A DNA stretch of 64,000 nucleotides from Psilocybe cubensis (taxonomy: Eukaryota), in the NCBI GenBank assembly GCA_017499595.2, contig CM039006.1:1550001-1614000 (forward strand). Reading direction: 5' to 3'. Of the stretch, positions 23,654 to 37,046 are shown one piece after another. The notes beneath the pieces were generated by a model, which was given only the letters and a program-made list of their open reading frames with translations, searched no databases and was not told the origin of the DNA. The stretch's first letter is position 1. Each line of letters opens with the position of its first letter. The translations under genes and the position numbers were made by a program.

Positions 23654-26142
23654 ATGAACGAAAAATCCGCGCTAGACTCAGTTAGCACATCCAGCAAGGG
23701 TCATGATTCGGCATCCGAAATTGACCTCTTGTCGTTCCACGAGCAAAGGGCAGGGCGTCTGATCATAGACCCCGAGTGCGCTTGTCTCTCCGCTCCCGTA
23801 TTCTTGACTGATTCTGACGTGTTGCCTATCACCATTTCTAGGGAAGCAAAAATCGAACTTGGAGAAGAAGTCGCGTCAAGGTTGAAGCTGTCTGCTGATG
23901 GGACCAAGGTTCTCTGGCCGCAGCCTACTGACTCAGATCTTGACCCACAAAACTGGAGTGATAGGCGAAAGAATATATTACTTCTTATAATAACTCTCGC
24001 TGCCATCGTGCCAGATTTTGACTCCGGAATTGGCATTGCTTGCATCTTTGCTCTAGCAAAGCAATTCAACACAACACCCGATGTTGTTAACAACATTTCA
24101 CAGAAGTGAGTCTCACGTTCTTCAGTAATGATATATGGCTATTATCAGTAACCTTTGTTTTGCTTTCAAGCTGGAGTATCTTTCTGATAGGTGGGTAAAT
24201 TCATCGGTTGACTTGTATTTCGCGTCGTTCTTATAATTCCTTTCACCAGGATGGGGAGGAATCTTTGCTGTAATGTTAGTGCGCAGAGTTGGCCGACTCC
24301 CTGTCCTCTTCTGGTCGCAGGTAGATACCACCTGCTAATTTATGATAGATACATTATATACTCAACCTTTCTTTAAGGTTCTTGGATTAGCGTTTTGCAT
24401 TGGCTGCACATTTGCCCCTAATCTCAAAACCTTTGCTGGTAAGTCCATTTGACTTCCGTATTGATTCTCAGCATTCACACAGTAATAATCACAGCTATGA
24501 GATGCCTGAATGGATTCTTTGCGTAATTATTTCTGCTGCATACATTGATTCCTTTTACCATTACTGAAATATTCTTTTAGGACAGCTCCTCAGGCTACTG
24601 TAAATAACTTTCATAATTTCAGCAAAGATACAATAAACTAATTATTTCCAGGGTCTTTACTGCGTAACGGATCTGTATCCCTTCCACCTCCAAGCACGTA
24701 AACTTAACATTTGGACCATGGGCTTCTTAGTTTCTCCTTTCCTGGCTGCTTTTGCGTTTGGTATGCTCGTGTCAGTTTCTTCCTGGCGATGGTCATATGG
24801 AATCGGCTCGATCTACTCTGCAATCGTTGTTCTTCTCATTATTTTCTTTATGGAAGAAACGTAGGTTTTTGTCAAGTTGGCTGAAAATGCGAGTACTAAT
24901 ATTCTTGGAAAGCATGTACGACAGGACAGTAAAACCAATTCCAGTTCCTACTACAAGTGGTCTTCGAAAACGATTTGAGGACCTCGTGGGAATTACCGGT
25001 CTGAAAATGCAGAAGTATCGTATCTCATGGCACGACTCGATTATGAGCCCTCTCAGGCTCGTGTGGAGACCCCACCTACTCATGGCCCTAATTTTTGAAG
25101 TGCGTATCTCGTTTTAGAAATTAACACAATTTCTGAACAAAACTTCAAGGCAATGTTATTCGGATTTAGCATTGGTATCAATGTACGTCTTTTTTGAACA
25201 TAATTACGAATGAATGCCAACCTACCTGGAACCAGGTTACAAATGTAGTTTTCCTAGGAACTCCTCTTCCGTTTGGTTATGGCTTCGACCAACTTTCTAT
25301 TGGTGCATCTTATGCGACGCCTATTGTAAGAAGCAGATATTTGTCACCATGTAGATGCTGTCCATATTAAACAGATGTTATCATAGGTCGGCGTCCTTCT
25401 GGGTGAAATCATTGGAAGATACACTAATGACTTCATTATGAACGTCAGTATAAGGCGTAACAACGGTGTTTTCGAAGCCGAGAGTCGGCTTTGGTAAGTG
25501 TTACAACAAGTCGGTATACGTATTTGCTCATCATCGTTCTAAATAGGGCATGTTATATAGCGATTCCATTATATATTTGTGGATTTGTTACCCTCGGTGC
25601 AGCTTTGGAAAGACATCTGAGCGTTGGGGCTTTAATTATGGGATGGGGGATTGCTGAATTTGCCGTCATGATCAATACAGTGGCTATCTATGCATACTGC
25701 AACGATGCCTTCCCAAAGCATCAGGTAGACGGTTTCGTAACCTCTTTCGCTCAAAGCTAAATCCAAAAATTCAGGGAGAAATAAGTGCTTTAATAAACAT
25801 TGCCCGCACCCTCGGCGGTAAGCTCACAATCACGCCTTTGTTTTGTTGCATTACTAACGGTTTCTCAGGGTTCAGCGTCGCATATTTCCAAATACCTTGG
25901 GCCTTGAAGCATGGTGCTATACAGACCTTTGGATGCGAGGCCGCGTAAGTGTCGCATCGTATCAAGATTGATAGAATTTAGATTACTGATCTTGACAACA
26001 GTATCGTTGCTGGTTTGTTTTTACTATTTGTGCCATTGCTACAATGGAAGGGGACTTCGTTAAGAGTAGGTCTACCTCTTCCATATGTCTTCCCACATAA
26101 TTTGCTGACAAAAATTTTTAGGCAAAATACTCCTTGCACTAA
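23654..26142 (+). CDS. MFS transporter (12-TM, DHA1/HOL1-like)
   Basis: LWPQPTDSDLDPQNWS..RK; RRVGRLPVLFWSQ; DLYPFHLQARKLNIW; EETMYDR; EAESRLW; YCNDAFP. Highly intron-rich. Stop TAA 26140-26142. Confidence 0.88.
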
Positions 26143-27132
26143 GTTAATAGATTTTTACAGTTTAGATAGTATTTTAGTAGTACCTGTGCGAGATATCTTT
26201 TTTTCAAAACATCGTATGATCCATTCAAGACTGAAAACTACTACTAAATAAGTAGACGTCTGGAGGCGAGTCTACTATGTTGCTACTATGAGTGCCTATA
26301 CGACAATACCCTTTGTGATCACATTCAATTTTACCAAGTTGATGAATTTATAATATATACAAAATATTGTTTGTTTAGGTTTCAATAGACACGAATGGAT
26401 TCAAACTTTCCTGCAACCTCTATGCTTTCAGGAACTCCGAAGAAGATATGTATCACGTGCATATTTGTCATGTCGTTTTGGCTCAGTCGCGCCACGTCGG
26501 CCCTTAGCGCCAGCGCCTCAGCCTTCAACCTCATTCAACGACTTTTATCATTTTTGTAGTGCAGGGACTCATACAGATCGTCACAAACTCGAGCGAAAAC
26601 TCATGGTACTTTGGCCTTCGGAGGACTTTAGTGAGTAAGAACGAGTGTCCTTCTTCTCTTTTTATTACGTGCTTGCCATCAAGTTTATTGACCAGGAAAG
26701 TCATCTTTCCAATATATCATCCCTCTGTCATCTCTTCCTTGATCTTCAAGCAATCTTCCAGCATCATCTTTCAGTCGAATCTTCGTCTCTGACGCAAATT
26801 GTATATCTTGTCGCACCGGAATTATTGCTACTGCCATTGGGGCACTATCTGTCATCGGAATTCCATCCATCATGTCCCCCACATCTCATGTCCCCCACAT
26901 CAGAGACTTCGTCCCTCTCATTATCGAGGCTTGGTCTTTTTTGTGTATCTCAGAATCTAACACTGGAATTCAAGTCTTTCTATCGTTTATGCAAACATCG
27001 TGTTTACAAAACTCGCCAACGTTCCTACTGTGTAACTCTGAAACTGCGACTGGTAAACTTCATGCGGGTGTCCGATCTCTGCATGATTATCATACTGGCC
27101 AGCTAATGCAATCACTTCCTTTACGACTGAGC

Positions 27133-27833
27133 TCATTGGCTGAGACTGCATTCGCAATCTACTTCGATATGTAGCAATCAGTTATAATCTACACTAAAAC
27201 ATGTGCAGATTTTGCGTACCGTTCAACGGAAGCACAAATGCCACGGTTCCTGCATCGACCCATCCTGCTGCCAGGAGAGAGGAATGCTCGTTCGTATCGA
27301 TGGTATACCAATGATCTCCTTTGCTCTGGAGGGATGCGCCTATGAGGGGGACGCTACCACAGACCTGTGTTGAATAGGCGTATCCAAATAACTCTGTGTC
27401 CGCGTTATCGAATCCGCTGACCACAGGAACGGTCCCGTCCGTGGAGAGAGCGATGATCCAGTCGGTGGTAACTGGATTGAATAATCGGTACATCGGAAAT
27501 GTGAAATCCTGAGGCGTCTGCCATGCCCGGAAAAGCGCTCCTTGAAGTTGCCAGTCTGCTCCTCCGAGACTGTGTTGGTTGACGAATAACCAGCGGGGGG
27601 CAACAACATGAAATGTGTTCTGCATACTATACCCTGCGAAAAACGTCACAGAGAGGCTTGGGTCTGCGCACGTCTGAGCTCCACGACCCTGTAAAATCAG
27701 AATGGTCAGAATGATCTTATGACTGACGAAGGAATACAGGTGGCCCTGATACCTGGTTGATTAATCCAGCAGCTTGAGTAACGGTGCATCCAACCATGGA
27801 CGATAGGAAAAAGGTAAAGATGCGCTTGAACAT
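27133..27833 (-). CDS. Small secreted protein with DUF5648-like repeat
   Basis: Signal peptide MFKRIFTFFLSSMVGCTVTQA; QTCADPS; PMYRLFNP...D; YSTQVCGSVPL...DHWYTID..E...L...GWVD.G..AFV. A last mini-exon DCECSLSQ* is inferred; the unspliced alternative ends at 27194. Confidence 0.72.
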
Positions 27834-29603
27834 TGTAGTTGTTAGCTTTTTGCAAATACTTGAGGGGTGATGTTTCTAACCTCCAACCTTCAAGGCTTTT
27901 ATACTGTTTTTCTGCATCTATGTTTATGCTTATGTCCTATGATACTCGATATTTTTTTCTCAAATGAATGTTGCGAGTGTTCGACCTGTCATCCAGAAGT
28001 TTTGTGATTACCCGTCTAGCATGGAACTACATTTCATTGGCTTGTGGGGCCATCATTAGTTCCAGCCTTCGCCGATCGTGCACACAGCGGTGTTCACACT
28101 TTCAACCTCCAAGGAAGCATGACCTCAGGACATATTGTACGAATATGGAAACCGGAAACATCACTACGCCGGAGGGCTATTATAGTTCACTGTAATCAGC
28201 TTTAGCACTGACTACTCACGATGGCCTGTTTGTCCTAGCTTTAATCGGAACTTTTCTACTGCGACTGACAGTTAAAGGGGTGCTAAGTTTGTAGATATTA
28301 CTGGGCTCTCATAGACACATTGTATCGTGTTTTTCCGTACAAGGTTGGCAATTTTTGGAGATGTGATGTCCGATAATTCGACGACACAGGTTGCTAGATA
28401 TTCTTTGTATATCGGAAGAAATATTTACAGGGTTAATACGACATATGCCATGGGTCAATAAGCTATCAAATTGTTTATCTACTTTAAAAGAGTCTACCGG
28501 TGTGGGTTTTTGCTCTCGGGACTTCATTCCAAACATCCGCCGGTGTTGGATTCCTAAGTATTATAGCTACTTTCATATCGATAGGCCTAACGTCAAAATT
28601 TACACATACACGGAAAATGAAATTTCAATAAGAGGGAGCGATTTCTTACAGATATAAGAGATGCTCAAAGTCGACAAACCATTGTGTTTGTCGATTTTAG
28701 GAAGCTGGAAATTTCTACAAGGGTATGATGAATCTATCCTGGTAATTTAATCGGATGTGATTCATGAGGAAGTGCGAATGAAAAAATGTGACATCAGCCT
28801 AACGAATCGCTCTTAAGGCAAATTTACGTCCTTCCACGATACACAGATTGCTAAGTGATCTAACAAATCTCTCAATGCACCAGGAAACAAAGCCGAAAGA
28901 GAACAAAATGGCTACGCGTGAATAAACCGAAAGACACGTGTATCAATACTACGTGCATTGTAGATGCTATGCGATGGCGCACGGACCCCTAATTCCTTAC
29001 GCATTCCCATCATGTAGGTTCATGCATTCATGTTCAAAACTCGAGCGTTCAAGTAACTCAGGCAACGCTGGACGTGAAATATTGGTCTTTGTATACCCCA
29101 CAGGCGCATACATCCACTTCTTTTCGTCACGACGCAGCTACTTGAGCAAAGTTGACGCTCTAGCCTCTAGAAGCTTGCTATTGAATCGCGTGTCCCTTCA
29201 CAATGGATTTGCAACCAATAGCCCGCTAGTTTGACACTGAGCGACTGAAACTCATAGTCGACAAAACCCAAATTATATTCTCCTGATGTGTTACGTCGAT
29301 ATCCTGACATTCAACCGCAGATCAAGTTCGATACAATCAATATTATCCAAAGCCAACTAAAGTAGTGCGTCCTTAACATACATTTTTCTACTATATCGTT
29401 CACTCAACTGTCCAGAAGGTTTCCCAAAAACCGACTACATCACCACCGGCAAATAGATAGACAATCAAATAGAAAAATAAATCACCCAGACATGCCAATC
29501 GGCCAAGAAAATACAACAACCTTCCCCCCTCCGAAGCAAGCAAGCATTTCGGGGATCAGTTGTCCATGAATATCGAAATATGAGGCCATCGAAGGATACA
29601 GCT

Positions 29604-32600
29604 TCAGAAATCGAACGCCTTGCTCTTCCATGTCCTTTCCTTGCCAGTTTTGTGTTCTTTTTTACTCCGGTCCTCCCACCTCTCCTCAGCACGCTGAACA
29701 GTGTTAAGCCCTTCACTGGCACCTTGGACAGCAGTATCGACAACCTTGTTGGTTGTATCCTTGACATCCTGAACGAATCCACGTCGTTCGTCCTCCCCAC
29801 TATGCTCTCCACTAGAACCGTCATATGGACCGGCCTTGCCAGGGAACAACTGTGCACCGGCTCCGACAGCAATTTGCACTGTTTCCTCTTCCTCGCGTTC
29901 TGCTTCATGAGGAACGTATGCGCCATCAACCGCGTCCATAGTCATATCAACGCGTTCCATCGAGTTGGTAGCTGGATGATACACCATGGCAGGGATCCCA
30001 CGTGGCTCCTCAGTCGTAGTGGTTGTGGTAGTAGTCGTGCTCGTGAATATCAGACCTTTGCTGGTAGCCTCTGTACTCGTGCTCGTTTCAATATGCTGGT
30101 TTCCCTCATCTCTGGTGCTATCGCTCTGTGACATGCGTTTCAGGGCAGCAGGACCCGTGTGCAGGACTGCACTCCACCAGTCACTGAGAATATCTGCAAA
30201 GCCGTCCGCCGCCGCAACCTCATCCTCCAGCTCGTGCTTGGTGAGCCCCAAACCAGCCATGACAGAATCTTTGCTGACAATTCCCTCTCCCTGCGCGATT
30301 CTCTCTCTGTACCTGTCGCGTCTCCTCGTTTCACCTTTGATCTTGGCGTCCCTGGCCACCTCGCCTAGACTGAGCGCAAGAACATCCAAGCTGGAACGGA
30401 TTTTCTCCTCAACAGCTTGCTTCACGATACGAGCGATTACAGGACCCGCAAGGGGCTGCAATACCAGTTTGTTGAGGATCCAGTGCCGGCTTTGGTCGAG
30501 CCTAAACCGTAGCCCACGAACGGCCGCAGAGATGTCCACAACGCGAAACAAAGGTTCTGCGGAACGATACAACCCGCGATCGCGCATCACATCGCGCTGG
30601 TGGCCGACAGCTGCGCCGACAGGTGCAACAGCCGTCTGCACATCCAAATTCGCAGGCTCGTCGACTGGCTTACTTTCCCCCGTCTCCTCGTCTTGGATGA
30701 CAATTTCTGGGACGTCGGGCCGATGACTGCTGTCGCTACTATGAGCAAAATTGGCGAGCGAAGAAGACGAGGAGGTTGCGTACAGTGACTTTGTGCTAGC
30801 TGATTCTGCGGCGTCAAAGCCAGCAGATGAATCGTCGTTGTCCATCTCAATTTCGACTTCAATATCCACGCCGAGCCCTCCATGCGGGGTACCCATCCCG
30901 ACATCCACACTGATCACACCCTCGTCCTCGTAGCCCACAATACCACCTTTATACTTGAAATAATATCCCATCCCTTCAACTCTCGCACGAACCCCGTCCA
31001 TGTGCAACCTCAATCTTGACGTCGTCTGTACACCTGGGTGTAGTGTCGTACCGGACAGACTTTCTCCATCATCATTTTCCTCCGCCATATCAATCTTAAC
31101 CTCCGTCCACTCCCTCAGTACCACCTCGTCAGGTACCAAGCTTGATTCCACCGGCTCGTGGTCCAGCGTTCCCTTCGCGATACCCTGCACAAACAACGCC
31201 TGCAACGCAACCTCCATCGTGTCCGTCTTTGCCTCAATTGATGGAACGGGAATTGCACTAGTCGGAAGCATACGCAGCAGCCGTGGAATCGCCCATCCAA
31301 CCCATGCCGTCCAGCCACGCATACCAGCGAGGCTCTGCATGAGAGTGCGCCTGCTCTGCTGCGCGCCTTGGGACACGAGACTTGAAAAATCTCCTCCGAG
31401 CGCCTCGAACGCACGCACGAGTCCCATTGTGGTCTTATCGTTCTCGAGAGAAGAGATGTAGGCCTCGATCTCGTTGCTGAGTGCCACAATGTCGTGTTTG
31501 AACCGTCTCTTAGCTTTCTCTTCGTGAGAGAGATTGTGCTGGGGAGAGTCGCCTGTGGTGCCGCTGGGTTCTATGGCAACATCCTCTGCGACGTTGATGA
31601 CTGAATCTCCGACGACACTGACGAGCTCCGCGCCCTCGTCAAATAAGGCTTCCAGTGCATTTGCACCATCAGCGGACGCTGCCCAGCCAGGTTCATCAAT
31701 AGCTCGATCTAGGTAAGCACCAAGGCGTCCGATATATACGCGGAATGGGTTTGGGTTGGATATCCCGTGTTTCTCTTCTTCCACTGGTGTGGACGGCGTT
31801 TCATCTTGGGATTGCGATGGAGAGATCGCAGGCGACGATAATGCTTGCTGTAGTGCAGCTCGCTGCTTTTTCCGCGCCTTCTTGTTCTTTTTGCGACTGC
31901 CGGTAGTAGGAGCAGGCACACCGAGAGGCTGGGGTGTAGGCGACTGGGGTTCAGGTGTCGAGGATGACGATGAAGCCTTTTTGTTAAGCGTGTTTTGGGA
32001 TTCGGTCGCGATGATCTCGGGCACGTCATTCAGATCGCGAATGACATGTCCAAATGCTGTGAACAAGCCGTCCAGAGAATGGCCTTGTGCTACGCGCTGT
32101 GCTACCTCCTTGAGGTCGCGCAGAATCTCGTCGGACTTGACATCGACTGTCGGTTTTGTTGATTGTGACTGTGGGTAAGGCTGAGGAGGGTAAGTGGGTG
32201 CTTCTGTTTCCTTAATCGCGTCCTTTGCCTCGGTGGCAACTCCTTCGAACGTTGACGAGATGACCTCGGAGCTGACAACCACCTTTTCTGCGTATTTACG
32301 TACAAGGATGAGGATCGCCCGCATAGCGGAACGTGATGCTCGATCTTGTTGTACTCGTGAGAGTACCTTTACAAGATATATGAGGTCAAAAAAAGCTAAA
32401 CCACTGGTTAAAATATTGAACTTGCCTCTCGAATTCGTTCCAATATCCGTTCTTTAGTTTTGTCTGCGACATCGCCTCCGACACCCACCCATTCCTTCTT
32501 GACATCTACGGCAGTAGACTTGAGATTGTTGGCGACTTCTTTTCCCTTGTCCTTGATAGTAGTGTCCATTTTTAGTTCCCCGTCGGGGCCCTTTCCTATG

Positions 32601-33443
32601 ATGTCATTGCCCCTACGCGCTTGCTCTTCGACACCGCGGGCAGCGTCCTGTACCTGCAAAGCTGCACGTCCGACGTCAGCAGCAGCGTGTGCGACGATGT
32701 CTCTGACGATGCCGAGGAGATCGTTGAGAACTAGACGGAACGCGGGCGACGTGACGCTGATCTGCGCGAGCGTCCGCACGGCGCTGAAAAATGTGGAAGC
32801 GTCGAACGCCAGCTGGTCCTTGGAGGGCACTGCGAAAGGTGTTATTGGGTTGGACGCGCTGAGGGACGGATGTAAGTCTTACATTCTCGCCCAAGATCGC
32901 TCGCTCCGCTTTTCGTGGCATCCAACGCCGATTGACCAGCTGCTGGAAGGTTTGCGTTGACTTCAATGGGGGCTTCGATGGAAGCAATGTGGAAATACAG
33001 TTCCTGAAGCTTGTTATCGGCTAGCAAACACGAACTCAGAACGCGATAGAGAGTAAATAGATTCGTTTCGCACCGTTTTTCTCCAAGCCGAAGCGTAAAA
33101 CAGCTTGTACGAGACCTTTCACGTCAGCTAAAACCTTCCGTCCCTGTTTGCTCGTTGGCCCGTTTCCGCTGATCACTTTGCCCTTGTCCTCCCTCAGAAG
33201 CTCAGAGTTGAGCAGTGCCTGCAGTAAGCGAGATATCTGGTCCTGACTAGGAAGCTTTCCAGCGTTCAGCGCGACAAGAACATCGACGACCTTTTCGACA
33301 ATAGGACGCTCCACATCCGCGGCGGTGGCCCGAGGCCTGGACGGCTCAGCAATGGCGTGGGGGCGATGTTTTGGGAGCAAAGGCTCGCGCTCGCCCGACG
33401 CCTTGGCTTTGGACTTTCCAAAGCAGGAGAGGCAGTAATCCAT
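29604..33443 (-). CDS. Large uncharacterised protein, DUF4449/DUF5923-like (possibly tubular lipid-binding fold)
   Basis: 906-aa ORF plus upstream exons: ALNAGKLPSQDQI...S.QGRKVLADV...EKNADNKLQE; TSPAFRLVLNDL; DEGVISVDVG; LFRVVDI...GLRFRL..SRHWILNKL. Confidence 0.7.
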
Positions 33444-33954
33444 GGGCGTAAAGTTTAGTGGAGAGGATTGTGGTTCAGAACCCCTCCTCGAAAGTGTCCC
33501 ACTTTACTTCTTAGGTCGCCGGCTGATCGAAATTTCTATATCAAGATGCCGTTGATCCCACGCGAAAAGGGCATAGGGGCTAATCATTCCCTCTGTCCTC
33601 TGTATTCTACTCGGGTGCGAGTAGGGATTGTGCATAACTACGGGGGCGATATTTTTTCCAACAGTGACCACGACTGTCTTAGCTGGCCTGTACTGGAACG
33701 CACCAGGCTCCAGCTAACTGCGAAATGTGGTGTGGCTTTAAAATGGCTTAAATATTAGAATTACTGAAACGATGGAACCCATGGAAGGAAATCGAACTCA
33801 AATCGAATCAAGGCGCGACGCTGAGCGAGAAGCGACCATTCCATGACACCTAACCAGTCGACACGTCACAACAGCGAAGACACATAACCAATTTATTCTA
33901 CAAGTAAAAAAAAATGTACTACATTTTGTACAAACAGCCACGCGTTGTACGCTT

Positions 33955-36089
33955 TTAAGAGGTAGGTCCACTCTGGGAGCCCGAGTTGGGCGCGAGGCAG
34001 GATTTCACGAGGGAAGTGTCGGTCCAGGTAGAGCCTGATTGAGTGGGGGTCTCGCCTAAAAGTCAACAAGACATTAGCATCAGAAGCGAAAGGTTGGCTG
34101 GACGACACTTACCAAGGACGTAGCCTGATACGGTGGAACGTCGCACAGTCAGCGAAAGTGAACATTTGATCGGAGAAAGCAAAGCAAACTCACTTGGGTC
34201 AAAGTTTCCAGCAGCCCATCCAACATATCCAAGGAACACTGTAGGTGTAAAGAATTATCGATTGAGCATCGTACAGGGGGATAAATAGAAGCAAGTCAAA
34301 GTTCTAATTTGCTTACCATCAGAGTTCTGGGCCTGGAAGGCAATTTGTTGGCAGAGATACTGGATGCACGAGGCGGTGTTTCCTCCACCAGTCTCAGTGT
34401 TGAATGCCTGGCGGCCATTGCAGCGGAGCCAGTTGGCAAGGGGTGCCCATGCTTCCTCAATGTTGTTCGTGACACATTCACTATTATATTGGATGATGCT
34501 GGGTGAGAAAATGCTCGAATTCCTCAAGTCAAAAACGCACCTGTTAGTACCGGAGTTGTCACTGTCCAAGTATTTGTGGACGTCAAAGATGAGACCGGTC
34601 GTGGATCCATCAGGGTTAACGACCTTCATCAACGCAGCTCCGGATCCGTTCGAGACAAAGGTTTGCGCGGACGTCCAGTTGTTTCCGGGAAGAAGGATGA
34701 GCTGAGTAGTCGCGCTGTTTAACAAGTTCTTCAATCCGTTGTTCATTCAACCTTTAGTAATTGATAAAGCTTACCCAGCTTTACGGATAGCGGTGACGGC
34801 TGCTTGAACGGATTGGGCCCAGAGGTTGATGTCAGGAACATCATGGGGTTCGTTCATCCTAGAATGAAAACATAAATACCACGAATGTGACGTTGAAGAA
34901 AGCGACGTACACTCCGAAGATGACTTTAGATTCCGAGGCGTATTTGGTGGCAAGACCAGTCCAGAGTTGAGCAAACACATCGTTGGAAGGACCACCTTGG
35001 CCGATGATCTACAGCCAGAGACACTTAGAAACATATTCTTCTGCTTGAGTGGACAATTGGTTGCTAACCTGACCGTTGAATCGTGCGTAGTTGTGGACAT
35101 CAACAATGCAGGAGGCGCCAGTGGCCAAGCATGCCTAGATGACAAAAATATAACTGTATAAATAGGCATCCAAAAATATGATTTCTGAAGCCACCCACCT
35201 GAACCAGGTCGTCGTATTTCGCCAAGTTAGTCTGGTTGATTGTGCCAGACATGGCGTCGTTCGTCAAGAACTGCCAGCCAACAGGCAGGCGGAAGGTGTT
35301 GAACCCGTCATCATTGACAAAGTGCTGCATCTGTCCCTCGCCATCGTGACCTGAAATATTACCACGTATGAGGTTTTCGCTCGCAAAACATCTCGAAATA
35401 AACAATGACACGTACCGTAGTACTTGAGGAGAGGAGGCCAGGCACCGCTAGCAGTGCAGCTCTATTCCCATAATAAAGAGAAACATATCATGATTAGCCG
35501 CCACGCAACGACGCCATGAAGGAGATTGGAGATGCAACGTACACCGTCAGAGTTGCATCCAAAGTCGAAACCAGCGATGTTGATTCCAACGTGCGAAAGT
35601 TTGCCAGTAGCTCTGGACGTCAGACTCGCGGAGCAAGTGGGCGAGGGTGCAGATGTTGATGTAGCGGGAACAGAGGTTGCAGGCTTGCTTGTGCTACTTG
35701 CAGTCGAAGTGGGCTTAGCGGTCGAAGAGCTCGAAGCGACGCCAGGCAGGCATTGAGAGTAGTCTGCACAAAATGTCACAGGTTGGTCTAGTTTGCAGCA
35801 GTTACGGACATACATGGGTTGGAAACCACGCAAGTAGCTCCAGAAACACAGGTTGTCGCGCCTGTCCAGCCCTATACATAGTGAAAATATAAGACATCAT
35901 GGCAGATTAACATAGTTAGGGGCGCGTACAGTGCCACCACCTAGAAAAGACATCACAGTCGAACGTCAATAAGTTAAAAACATGGCTAATAGCAAAAACA
36001 AAGCACGTACATTGGCCGTACAAGGGAGATTGCGCCTGGACAGCAACAGCGCCGAGGCCGAGCAAAAGGCTTATCGTCAGAAAAGACAT
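33955..36089 (-). CDS. CBM1-GH5 (subfamily 5) endoglucanase, copy 1
   Basis: Signal peptide; CBM1 (QSPLYGQCGGTGWTGATTC...YYSQC); Ser/Thr linker; GINIAGFDFGC; FRLPVGWQ; DVHNYAR; MNEPHD (acid/base Glu); FDVHKYLDSDNSG; NTETGGG (nucleophile Glu); GWAAG. Ends NSGSQSGPTS*. Confidence 0.95.
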
Positions 36090-36820
36090 CGCGTCGCTGA
36101 TTCCTGGATAGGCGATGTCCAAACCTCAAAACATACAGCCATTTAAGTACTTTGCGAAAAAAAGTCATAAATACAACAGCTATAGATTCTCCCCATGGTC
36201 CCGAGTCCTCCTAACCGACGAGTCTCCGAAAATGGCGAATGACAACCTTCGTCGAAACGCAACGAGACCCTGGCTACTCAGGCTCCTCCTGGTGACGATA
36301 CACCTGGTACGTGAAGGGTACTCACAGGGGTCAATATGCTGACCCTGCAACTTTTTTTTTGCCAGCGCGGTTGTATATCGCCTGAACATCGGCCCCCGCA
36401 CCATCCTTCCAGAAACAGCCACGGAGTCCGAGACCCAAACCCAATGTATAATTAGAACATCGCCATTAGACTCTCGTTATTTCCGTCGAGCGATAGCATT
36501 GTTTCCGGGAGGATTATGAAAGGACATGAACGGAGATGAGAAGCGAAATGTCCTTGACGACGTTTATCCGGCGGAGGCGTATGCGTGCGCAGTACACAGT
36601 TTCTTCTCGTGATCTAGAGTTGCAAGATAACATGATGTATTTTGGAGAGGACCACTCGACCACACGAGGTGTCTGATTTCAAGGTCATGTTGAAGTTGAC
36701 CACTGGCATTGAAGTTAGTGTGGCATCGGTGTGGACGAACCTCGAACAGGGAGATAACAAGTATCTTAATCTATGAGAAACCTTGTTAGCTAGAGCACAT
36801 AAATGGAGACTTTTGAACGT

Positions 36821-37046
36821 ACCGTCCACTGCTGGCGCTGATACATATTTGATAGAAAAATATGTATTGGTAATTATGTTTCCTGTTGGTTTTTGACGTA
36901 TTTTTCTCGTATATAGAGTCCGGGGTTACCCAATTAGGGAAGCCCGATGCCTATATTCCAATAAAATACGTCAAAAAAATGTAGGAAACATAATTACTGG
37001 GTCTTATTTTCTTTGAAAATATGTATGAGCGCCAGCGGTGGTCGGT
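36821..37046. repeat. ~226-bp imperfect palindrome (foldback/MITE-like)
   Basis: accgtccactgctggcgctgatacatattt...gtaattatgtttcct...tttttgacgtattt pairs with aaatacgtcaaaaa...aggaaacataattac...aaatatgtatgagcgccagcggtggtcggt. Symmetry continues to the centre (ccc aatt aggg, ~36933). Confidence 0.8.

Noticed and set aside
26640-27100. Short ORFs and a 14-bp tandem duplication (atgtcccccacatc x2)
   Set aside because: No coherent gene model or family signal.
29580-32960. Multiple long plus-strand ORFs
   Set aside because: Antisense shadows of the GC-rich 906-aa coding exon.
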